64,000 bases of DNA from Octopus vulgaris (Eukaryota): the NCBI GenBank assembly GCA_951406725.2, contig OX597814.1:79422001-79486000 (forward strand), read 5' to 3'. The translations under genes and the position numbers were made by a program. Below the pieces are notes generated by a model. It made no database searches. It had not been told where the DNA came from and worked only from the letters and a program-made list of their open reading frames with translations. Below, piece after piece: positions 13,886 to 25,141 of the stretch (the stretch's first letter is position 1; every line of letters starts with the position of its first letter).

Positions 13886-16339
13886 AGTCCATCTCTGGAA
13901 CTGTAAAAATGTAGTCCATCTCTGGAACTGTAAAAATCTGTAAAACTTTCCAGAAGTTTATCATTAAATATATACGAGCATGTCTAGATATGCAACTCTA
14001 TGTATGAGAATACATACATACAACATACATACATACATACATACATACATACATACATACATACATACATACATACATACAAAAATGCCCTGTTGTTGAT
14101 GTTGACATTCTGATGAAGAAACCTTGGATCTAGGTTAGAAATCGGTTCTTTCTCTATTGGCAAGAAATCTTGAAATAAACTGAATAATGACATACATACT
14201 CACATACATACATGTGTATGTGTGTGTGCGCGCGCGCTCTGTTTACCTTTTCATGAAAAGGAGATGAATGTATTGAATAAATCCTGTTTTGGTAGTCTTA
14301 GGTCTGGACCCATATTTGTTTATGTATGTGTGTGAAATAAACAGGTACTATCTTGGACCACGGTTTCGTTAACTTTGACCTGCTGTCGACGATAAATGAT
14401 AGATAAGAATAGGTTCCACTGTTGAAACGTCTTAGGTTCTAGGTTTTCTAAATCAAAGCCGACCAAGGCACAAGCAACAACAACAGTAACAACTACTACA
14501 GCTCGAATAATATAATAAACACGACATCTAGTACGTTAATGAGAAGACTATGATAAAAAAGGAAAGAACAATCTCATACTGCAAATTTTGTTTCTCGGGT
14601 ATCACATCTAGCAGGGGTTTTTTTATACCAAAATAGTCCCACGAAAATTGTCAAGCGGGTATCCTTAGCTTCGATGTAAAATTGTCGACTTCTGTTTGTA
14701 AACAAGATTTAGGGTATTTTTAGTTTACAGATTATTACAGCAATCACTTCAGTAGAACGTTGTATAATATCCTAGTAAACTGGGAGCCGAAACATTAGAT
14801 ATTTCATTTCCACACGTCAAATAAACATATCTCACGTCTTGCTCTATCCAGTAAGAGAGCCGCTATGTGGTCATCTGATCTGTTAGAAATAACATCCAAA
14901 TCTTCAAATGGCATCTCATTGTCTTAAAAACGGAAGGAAGAAAACATTAGATGACACCGTCCTAGATACAATATTTGTGATAAAAAGACGTGACAGTCAT
15001 CACTAGAAGAGTAGTGAAATAACTTAAATTGCGCAGCTTTGCTTTTGACAGCTCGTCAATAATTGATCAATATATATTTTATGCACAACATAATAGCTTA
15101 ATTTGTGACTGCTTTATATGTCAAGTAAATATTCTATGGTAACATCTGGGGAACAAAAACTGAGTGTGTCTCTTTTAAGGCTTTCAAATACTTAAATTAT
15201 TACATTTCTTCTGATTTATGCTGTGTTGATTACAAGTCATCAAACGCATGGTAATAGTAGTTGGTGATTGCTTTTTATAGCAGCTGAATATTGTATGCTA
15301 CCAATGTAAAGGAAACTCGGTATCTCTTATTTGAAGGGCGGTCAACTAACTGAAAAAAGGTCCATCAAGTATCTCTCAATCTCCTTTTTCTATACATCGA
15401 AATCTCAGAAGAAATATCTTTGCATTCCTATAATTTCTTCTCAAATCTAAAGCTTTGTAACACACACACGGTGTATTACAACGCTTTACGTATTGTCTAG
15501 TGACAATTCATAAATTCCAGTGACACATTGATGTGTTTCGCTAATTTTGCACATTTTGAAATTGATTAAATACTACAGTGAAATGACGTTGCTGAAGCTG
15601 AATATTTTGATAATTTTATTTTGATAAGATAATTTCATTGCTATCAATATTATGATGGCGACGACGGCAACAACGACGATGTTGATGATGATGATGGAAA
15701 TCATCGTTGACGCCACCATCATCATTATCGTCATTGTTATCTTCACCCTCATCGACAGTAGTTCTAACATCGCAGTTGCTGTTAAGATTAAATTCAACTG
15801 CAGCATTAGATAAACAAACGTTGTTGTCTTTAGCTTCTTTCTTAGTTACATAATAATAAGTTGATCCAAATTGTATCAGAATAATATTCTTACGTATTTC
15901 CGCTACTCATTCTTGAGAAATCTTTAGACAAAGCCACTAAAAAATATCAAGAAAGACGTTATTAAATCAATTAGATACAGCACAAAATAATGAACGCAAC
16001 TAAAAATTCCTAAAGCCAAACAAATTTTGATCCAACAGTATTGTCGTACAACTTGCTGGAAATTATATCTAAATCTTTCTTAAATTGCCCTCTGCCGTCT
16101 CAGGAAAGGACGTATTGGATAACGTGTGCATGGGTGCACTATATCTTAAAGCAGAAGTATGCTTTTCATCGTGTTAATCGTTTCGTCCGTATGTTTACGT
16201 CCGTACAATTTCACTGTACATTTTGTTGCATGCGAGAAAAGAAGATGCTGCAAGGCTCTAACTCAATTCTTTTCCATTTCGGAGGGAAAGTATGTTTGAC
16301 TGGGCCTCTCACGACCCTGTAACCACACGCAGCGTAGCG

Positions 16340-16393
<54 letters not shown>

Positions 16394-16825
16394 TTAATCC
16401 CTGTATTTGGCTGATATTTTATATTTGTCGACTCCTAGAAGAATAAAAGAAAAAAGTTGTCGTTGTTTGAACTCAAATGGCATAGAAACTAAACCATTTT
16501 TGCAAAGTATTTGTGCTACGCTCTGTTGATTCTGCTAATCTACTGCTCTATCAAACGTTATACATTAAATTACCCAGTTTGGTTTTCTATATAATGGTTT
16601 AGTCAAGAAGGGCTGACATTTCAGGAAAGAAAGCTTGTAGTTAGTGTTGTATTGGGTGGAAGGGCTGACGTGAGAAGTAGAGGCGAGTGTGGTGGTAAGC
16701 GGGCAAGGGTGGAGACAATAAGCAATCGCTATAATAAACAGAGAAAAGAGACAAAGCATCAGTGGGTCAGACGTTGTAATGTTATGATGAATGAGTCGCA
16801 CAAAACTGTATCTATTATCTTTTAT

Positions 16826-17180
16826 TAGACTTTGGCCAAGCTGGGGTACCATCTTGAAGAACTTTTAGTTGCATGAATCGACCACAGGGCTTGCTATTTT
16901 TTAAAAATCCGGTACTTATTCTATCGTTCACTTTTTGCCGAACTGCTAATTTACGGGGAATTAATGAAAACAATACCGATTGTCAAACAGTGTTGGGGGA
17001 CAAATACACACACACATGTACGACGGGCGTCTTTCAGTTTCCGTCTATGAAATCCACTCAAAAAGCTTTGGTCGTCCAGAGGCTATATTAGAAGACACTT
17101 GCCCAAGGTCTCACGCAGTGGGTGAACCTGAACCAAGGGGTTGGGAAGCAAGCTTTTTACCACACAGCTACGCCTGCGCT
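16826..17180 (-). mobile_element. Abundant tRNA-derived SINE family A
   Basis: Reverse complement of the GTGGTAAGAAGCTTGCTTCCCAACC...GTGGATTTGGTAGACGGAAACTGAAAGAAGCCCGTCG repeat, seen at least 8 times in the window. Confidence 0.8.
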
Positions 17181-17769
17181 TTTGTTTATAAAAGTGTGTG
17201 TAGTGTTGACTAAATCGACTCCATCTTAAGTATCAGAATTTATTTTGTCATTTCTATGCAGTTCAAAGACAAAGCTAAATTTATCGGAATTGGATTTTGC
17301 CATTCACCCCTCTGGATTCAGGATATAAACAGTCGTAAGTGATTGCTACTGCAATTCTGTAAGTTGATTGTTTCTGACAGTCATAAATTCCAACCATCAC
17401 TAATGTTATTAAAAAAATAAAAATATTATTAACAGCATCATAATATCAGCGGAATCAGCACTCTGGGAATGTTCTAAAGTCAAACTACTGCCAAACAGAA
17501 CATCGAAGTTCCAGCGAAAACATTAAACAGTTAATACAGAACAAAAAAATATTTTAGTCTTTAACTGGTTCCAACCATTCTACTGTTGCTGGAATATTTG
17601 ATATACTTGCATTCTTCCATTGCTAAACTTGTATCAATGTGGAAGTAGAAAAATTATTGATTACTTACACGGGGACAGTGCTAGAAATTTGTAAGACAGG
17701 ACTATATGAAATATAGTTTATTCTATGAAGTACCTAAAAGCGAATGGACAGTCGATAATATACACCGTC

Positions 17770-17828
<59 letters not shown>

Positions 17829-18374
17829 CATTTTTCTATTGACATATACATATATTAATGTTTCAGCAGACAAACGTGTGTTTCTTATTACAATTTAGCA
17901 GGAAGATGACTGGTACTGATCCTGTTATGGCTACTAAATGCTTTCTTATGAATGCAACTGCTTATACGCAACTTACCGAATTATCATTAAGGAATTACAG
18001 AAGAATCAGAAAATGCAAACATTTTCTTAGTCTCTTCAGCATATTAAAAAATTTACTGAGTGGTCGAAAAACTAAATTCCGCTGAAGAATTTTTTTAATC
18101 AAAAATCAACTTGCAGAAATGAAAATGTTAGTAGTGGTCTTAGGAACAATAATTCGGAAATGCAAGGGAAATATTTTTTCTCTAAAGTCTTTTAGCAGAG
18201 AAGGCAACGAATATAACAGATAATTCAATATTCAATGTTTACTTACATTTTATTTTTCGTTTTTTTCAGTACTCTGTAAAGTTATTTAGCTGCCAACGAG
18301 ACCGCAACAAACTAAGAAGAAAGGGGATATTACATTTACCTCTATCGAGCATCCGTGAGATAAGTAAACGTCGG

Positions 18375-18562
18375 TTTCAAATTGCAATGCCAGCAATTCA
18401 GTTACATCGACTCCGATATTCAACTGGTTCTTATTTTATCGACCCCGAAATGATGAAAGGCAAGTCGTTCTTGACGGCATTTGAACTCAGAAGATGAAGA
18501 CGGACGAAATGCCACTAAATATTTCGCCCGCTAGGCTAACAATTCCGCAAGCTCACTGCCTT
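18375..18562 (-). mobile_element. tRNA-derived SINE family B
   Basis: TTATTTTATCGACCCCGAAA.GATGAAAGGCAA...GGCATTTGAACTCAGAA...ACGAAATGC, shared with 55335-55550 and 61960-62157. Confidence 0.75.
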
Positions 18563-18734
18563 AGAGATAGTTAAAAGCTTCGAAAGTGTATTCAACTCGG
18601 TTTCGTTTCGTTATCAATAACATTTCGTTTACATCTCTGTGTTGACAAAAATACTGTGCACATAACTTTCACTTTTGTTATTTTCAGTCAGAGGCTTGGT
18701 CAATCTGGAGCACCGCCTTTAAAAGCTAAAACAT

Positions 18735-18806
18735 AGAGGACACTCGCAATTGAACCAAGAACTTCTCGATATGCAGTCGAACGCTCTATCACTGGGCTTG
18801 ATTTTT
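18735..18806 (-). pseudogene. tRNA-Cys(GCA) pseudogene
   Basis: Minus strand GCCCAGTGATAGAGCGTTCGACT-GCA-TATCGAGAAGTTCTTGGTTCAATTGCGAGTGTCCTCT aligns to eukaryotic tRNA-Cys. The 5' acceptor strand and T stem are degraded. Confidence 0.7.
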
Positions 18807-19248
18807 CAAAATTAAAAAGCGAACAAAAAAAACAAACAAAAATAAAAACAAAAACAGCACTGTTTCTGTGCTTGTAATCAATAATATACTAATATTTCAC
18901 TAATCACCATTCCAGAAAACCATCGACAATACCATCATCGACAACAATACGAACAATATCAACAAACGTCGTAGTAACAATATCTAATACACAACAGCAA
19001 AATGTCAAGAAACAAACAAAACGTTGATCACCCACATCAGTAGCAGTTAGTTCTTCATTAATATCGAATTAATAAAAGTACATTACACTTGTGTTTCAAC
19101 TTTAATATTTAACATGTTGGCCGAACTAAGCAGCTTATCTTTCGTTTCATCACCAGCAACCATTTTTATTCATAGCTTCTATGAACGCGTCATTTGGCGT
19201 CATTATCAGCTATCTCTACATACATACATACATACATACATACATACA

Positions 19249-19280
<32 letters not shown>

Positions 19281-19439
19281 AAGTTATATATATAATATAT
19301 ATTATCTCTCTCTCTCTCTCTCTGTATACACACACAGACACAGACACACATACATAAGTTGCATATGAATACATATATGTATAGAAATAATTTTAAATGC
19401 GTCTATGTTTTTGTGAGTCTATATACATATATGTACGTA

Positions 19440-19655
19440 TATTCTTTTACTCTTTTACTTGTTTCAGTCATTTGACTGTGGCGATGCTTGAGGATCGCCT
19501 TTAGTCGAGCAAATCGACCCCAGGACTTATTCTTTGTAAGCCTAGTACTTATTCTATCGGGCTCCTTTGTTGAACCGCTAAGTTACGGGGACGTAAAAAC
19601 ACCAGCATCAGTTGTCAAGCGATGTTGGGGGACAAACACAGACGCAGAAACACAT

Positions 19656-19707
<52 letters not shown>

Positions 19708-19875
19708 GCATATGCATATACATATATACGACGGGCTTCTTTCAGTTTCTGTCTAACAAATCCACTCACAGGACTTTGGTCGGCTGAGGCTATTGTAGAA
19801 GACACTTGCCTAAGGTACCACGCAACCATGTGGTTGGTAAGCAAGCTACTTACCACACAGGCACTCCTACGCCTA
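19440..19875 (-). mobile_element. SINE family A, near full length
   Basis: Complete head, internal (TA)/(CA) tract and AGTAAAAGAGTAAAAGAA tail on the minus strand. Confidence 0.85.
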
Positions 19876-20049
19876 CAAATACGTATGTATATATATATAC
19901 ACACACACATGCATATATGTATGTATATATAGGAAGTGTTGTATGTCTCTGTGTGTTTGTAAATTTCTTTATATAACACCACCACCAGGAATAACAGTAA
20001 CAACAACAACAATAAGAATAATGTTTATGATGATGATGAACAACATACG

Positions 20050-20480
20050 TACATTCGGTGAAGCTATGAGAACCGTATTCGGCGTTATTGAGTGTTGTAC
20101 CCTTTTCATGAAGAGAAGCAAATTTTGTGAGATGAGAAACTGAGCTCCCGGCAGGTGAAGATATAAAGTAAATTGACAAGGAAACCGAGTATAAGTATTT
20201 ACAAATTGTGGAAAACTGATAATGTAGAAAAAGAAAACCAAACAAGTTGAGGACATTGTAAAAGGAATGCTTAAGAAAGCCCAAGAAGATATATAACTCC
20301 CAGCTGAACACTAAAACTGTTATCACGACTATCTACTCACGTACTATCTCAATCATCGGATACAGTGCAAGCATCAGTGGCTGGAACACCCAAAAACTAC
20401 AGGATATTGATAGAAAAATTGAAAAGCTGTTGACGATATCTAATATGTTCCATAAGAAAAAAGGTGGTATTGATAGATTG
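20050..20480 (+). pseudogene. R4/Dong-like RT relic
   Basis: FGEAMRTVFGVIECCTL / ETEYKYLQIVE / LNTKTVITTIYSRTISIIGYSASISGWNTQKLQDIDRKIEKLLT aligns with [14 protein letters not shown] / YKYLGIIE / [19 protein letters not shown] in the 58853-60826 frame. Confidence 0.7.
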
Positions 20481-20632
20481 TATAGAACACACGCAATGGT
20501 TGTGGTAGAGGTTTGATAAGCTTAGAGGATTGTTTTGTAATGGAAGAAGGAACGCTGTGTGTACAAACACGTACGTGTCAGAGAGTAAAGAAAAAATGTT
20601 GAGGGTACTGACATGAGAAGTAACATTAAATC

Positions 20633-20691
<59 letters not shown>

Positions 20692-20694
20692 GTA

Positions 20695-20913
20695 CAGGGT
20701 GATTGAAAATTAATTCCCTATATTTAAAATACTTATAATTTATTGACTATAGGCGCAGGCATGGCAGTGTGGTAAGAAGCTTTGTACTCAACCACACGGT
20801 TCCGGGTTCTGACCCACTGTGTGGCACCTTGGGCAGGTGTCTTGTACTATAGCCTCGGGCCGGCCAAAACATTGTGAGTGGATTTGGTAGACGGAAACTG
20901 AAAGAAACCTGTA

Positions 20914-20948
<35 letters not shown>

Positions 20949-21893
20949 TGTGTGTTTGTGTTTGTACCCCCACTTGACAACCGGTGTTGGTGTGTTTACG
21001 TTCCCGTAAGTTAGTGGTTCGGCAAAAGAGAATGATAGTATAAGTACTAGGCTTACAAAGAATAAGTTCTGTGATAGATTCGTTCGACTAAAAGTGGTGC
21101 TCTAGCATGGCTGCAGTCAAATGACTGAAACCAGTAAAATCTTAAAAGAATAAAAGAATATGATTTTTTCCTCAAATTTGTTGTGTATGTTCTTTAATGT
21201 ATGGGAATGGATTCTATGTTATTTTTCAGATCGATTATTTTGTTTGATATTCAGAAACCCTACAAACATGGTCTGATCTCTTAAAAAATATCTTCTAGAG
21301 TGATGAAGTGGTATTCCACATCGGTGGATTTGTGAACTGTCACAACTACCACTACTAGGCAGATGATCCTCGTATTACCTCTGAAAATACCATGAATGCT
21401 GAAAAGTAGCTCACCATGCTGCATGATGGAATCTGGCCAGTTACTTGGAAGAATATTGAAGATTTGATTTTTATGCAAGATGCCGCTCCTCGACATTTTG
21501 CCAATGTTGTTCGTAAATGGCTGAATGCCTACTTACTTGGGAAATGGATGGATCGTCGAGGTCCGCATGATTGGCCGACCAGAAGCCCTGATTTAACACC
21601 TTTCGGGTTGGTTAAAGGAGCAAGTCTACTTTACCAAGCCAACGATTTTGGAAGAACTTGAAAGGCGAATACGAGAAGTTATATCTTCCATCCTACAAGA
21701 GTTTCTGATGAAATCAGTTCATGCGGTTCCCGACCGGCTTGAGAAGCTGGTGGCAAATGCTGGTGCTTATATCGAATTTTGAATAAAATTTCATGTTATA
21801 CGCTTTCTTTCCATATTAATTTTTTCTAAAAGTTATTGTTAATAAATAAATTATAAGTACTTTAAAATAGGAAGTTACTTTTCAATCACACTG
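20695..21893 (+). mobile_element. Internally deleted Tc1/mariner element with ~50-bp TIRs
   Basis: Left TA|CAGGGTGATTGAAAATTAATTCCCTATATTTAAAATACTTATAATTTATT matches the reverse complement of the right end. Contains a transposase piece QDAAPRHFANVVRKWLNAYLLGKWMDRRGPHDWPTRSPDLTPF. Confidence 0.85.
20749..21160 (+). mobile_element. SINE family A nested in the Tc1-like element
   Basis: Full head-to-tail family A copy located just inside the left TIR. Confidence 0.85.
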
Positions 21894-21894
21894 T

Positions 21895-21971
<77 letters not shown>

Positions 21972-22004
21972 CATATATATATATACATATATGCGTGTGC
22001 TACT

Positions 22005-22355
<351 letters not shown>

Positions 22356-22446
22356 AATATATATAAATAAATATACATATATATATATACACATGCATAT
22401 GCATATACATATACATACACACACACACACACATACACACACACAT

Positions 22447-22500
<54 letters not shown>

Positions 22501-22544
22501 TTAAAGCGCAAAACAAAACTGACGAAAAATGCACCTAAAACAAC

Positions 22545-22722
22545 TTTCGTGGTTGTATGGTAAGAAGCTTGCTTCGCAACAACATGTTTCAAGGTTCAGT
22601 CCCACAGCGTGGCACCTTGGACAAGTGTCTTCCACTATAGCCTTGGGCAAACCACAGCCTTGTGAGTGGATTTGGTAGACGGAAAATGAAAGAAGCCCGT
22701 CGTGTGTATATATATATATATA
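22545..22722 (+). mobile_element. SINE family A, 5' half (split by the Naiad insertion)
   Basis: Head through GAAAGAAGCCCGTCG, then (TA)n. The 3' half resumes after 32165. Confidence 0.85.
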
Positions 22723-22918
22723 TACAAAATTAGAGAATGGAAGAGAAACATATTTAAATCAATAAAACATCAACTATCCGATGATACTCAATCCATACTT
22801 TAATACACCATTACATAGGAGTAAAGGCAATATATAAAATGAAATGAGATATACAGTAATAGTAAAAGTAAAAAGATAAAGAGATATAAGTAAAAAATTA
22901 CAAATACAATATGCAAAT

Positions 22919-23044
22919 AAATCAAAACTGACAGCTGTTTCGGCAGTGAGGACAGTCATACCTCATTTAACCTATAAGCCATAAAGGCAGGTATAAATGA
23001 GGCATTAACAAAGATGCCCCACGGCCTCTTCAGAGAATTAAATT
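22919..23044 (-). ncRNA. Type I hammerhead ribozyme, downstream repeat
   Basis: CUGAAGA (23033-23027), long stem II (23026-22942), GAAA (22941-22938), then CAGCUGUC giving a palindromic stem III and a GUC triplet (22932-22930). Confidence 0.8.
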
Positions 23045-23376
23045 AAATTTGTTATAATAGTGAAAAATATTATATAATCATATACATATAAATATAAAAA
23101 TATAAAAAAGTAAAATATAAAAACTTATACATCATAATGCTACACTTGTATAATATAATACATATTTGTACAAAAAGGAAGGTAACCAGAACAAAATAAA
23201 ACAAAATATATAACAGTGTATATATAATATTAATAAGTACCGATATCATACATATTTAGCTAATAGTTTTTTTTATAAAAAAAGGGCTAACACATATGGA
23301 GATGAAAAATAATAATAATTAAATCCGTGGTACAGTTCATAAAATTCTAAAGCTATAAAAGTTAATAAAAATTACT

Positions 23377-23410
<34 letters not shown>

Positions 23411-23534
23411 GTAATAATAATAAAAATAATAAAAATAATAGATACAGTTAAGTTATCACCAAGTCCATCCTTCCAAGATCGAAATAACTATGAGTTAAGA
23501 AATGCTGACCACTAGGTAAAGAAAATTTAGATTA

Positions 23535-23615
23535 ATTCGATTGGCTATTGGTTTGAAATTTAAATCACAAAAGAAAATTATACGGTTGGTTAGTCAGGGA
23601 ACGCCAATATTCACA
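23535..23615 (-). promoter_or_regulatory. Candidate pLTR promoter (CCAAT cluster)
   Basis: Minus strand CCAATAGCCAATCG (plus 23538-23551) with a nearby plus-strand GCCAAT, ~500 nt upstream of the hammerhead. The same motifs are present in the other repeat at ~29110. Function is inferred. Confidence 0.25.
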
Positions 23616-25141
23616 CACGCATCTACAGATCAATCGCACATACACACATAGTTATATGTATATACATACACTTGTACATATACATAATCATAAGCAACAA
23701 CTAACACTTAGATAAACAAATAGGGAAGCAACCATGCTAACACTAAGTCCTTCAAAATTATAACTGAGCCTCAATAACAAAAAAAGAACCATCCATGCAT
23801 TCTATAAAATATTTAATTAAGATATAAATGTATTTTTAAATATCAGTATGTTACTAATTCAGATAATTATTTCATGGGTAACTTAAAATTTATAACACCG
23901 GTTTGTTGCAGAGTAAACATACGGTTGTTAGGTTTATCGTAAGTTTGTTATGATTTAAAGTACGCTAAATTATAAAATATAAAATATAAAATATATTAAT
24001 TTAGATATTATAAATAAGTCACTTATTAACTTAATAAATATAGTGCCAAAATATACCAGTTTAGGCAATAAAAAATAGAGGGGGAAGTATTAATGTAAAC
24101 GCTTATGAGAACATCACAGAAATTTTAAATAAATTTTATATTATAAAGACTTAATATGAAAAGAGATAAAATAAATAAAAAGGAATAAATACGAAGGAAT
24201 AAATACGGTTATACACATAATTATAAGTACAAACTAGTATATATGTATTCATATATTATTAAAATAAATAAAAATAAATGATAGATATGTATGTATAAAA
24301 CTACACCAGTATAAGTAAATAAGTAAAGAATAAATAGGTAACAAATTAAATGACTAGATATGTATGTAAACATCTACACTTAAATAGGCAAATAAATAAA
24401 TAAATAGAAGACTAGATGCAAATATTGATAATATTACAATAAAATGGGAAATAAATAAAAATAAATAAAGTGAATATATATATTTTATATTGTTGAAAGT
24501 AAATATGTATGGAAGGATAGTTTAAAGTACAGATCCAGAGGACTATAGATATAAACTAAATATATGAGGCTGGTAACAATTATAAAGCAAAATGTATGTA
24601 AATGAGAAAATGAAAAAAATGAAAAAGGTTTATCAGTGAATAAGCATAAGATACAAATTAAGGTGAGTACAAAAGACCAAATATATAATAAAAACCTTCC
24701 AAATCAGCACATACAAAAAAGCCCATAATCTCAACCTAAACCCACCAAACTCACAAAAGGCTCTCATATATTACATATTATACAATATCATTACATTATC
24801 CAGAGCTAGGTATCTAACCAAGATATACATATATACTTTGCAATATACTATGCAATATTGGAAAACTTCAAAAATCACACATTACAAGGCAAATACCAAA
24901 ATGAATATGTTATTTTATGTCATATTGCATTTCTCTTAAAAAAAACAAACAAAAACCCACATACAAAAACCAAGAAACCAATAATACTAGACACATCCAA
25001 TTAGTTATTATACAAATGTAGCTATAAAAATTATAAAATTATGAAATTTATAAATTGTATACTTTAGAATTATAGAAGACCACAGGTATATTTAGTTAAA
25101 GAAGGGAATTAAAAAATTGATAATAGTGGAAGTGCTAAGTT

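Noticed and set aside
17400-18085. Possible host exons in unique-looking sequence
   Set aside because: No recognisable domain or consistent splice chain. RNA-seq would be needed.
22774-22959. 61-aa hydrophobic ORF duplicated at 28347-28532
   Set aside because: It overlaps the hammerhead and U-rich tail. Hydrophobicity follows from base composition, and duplication follows from the pLTR.
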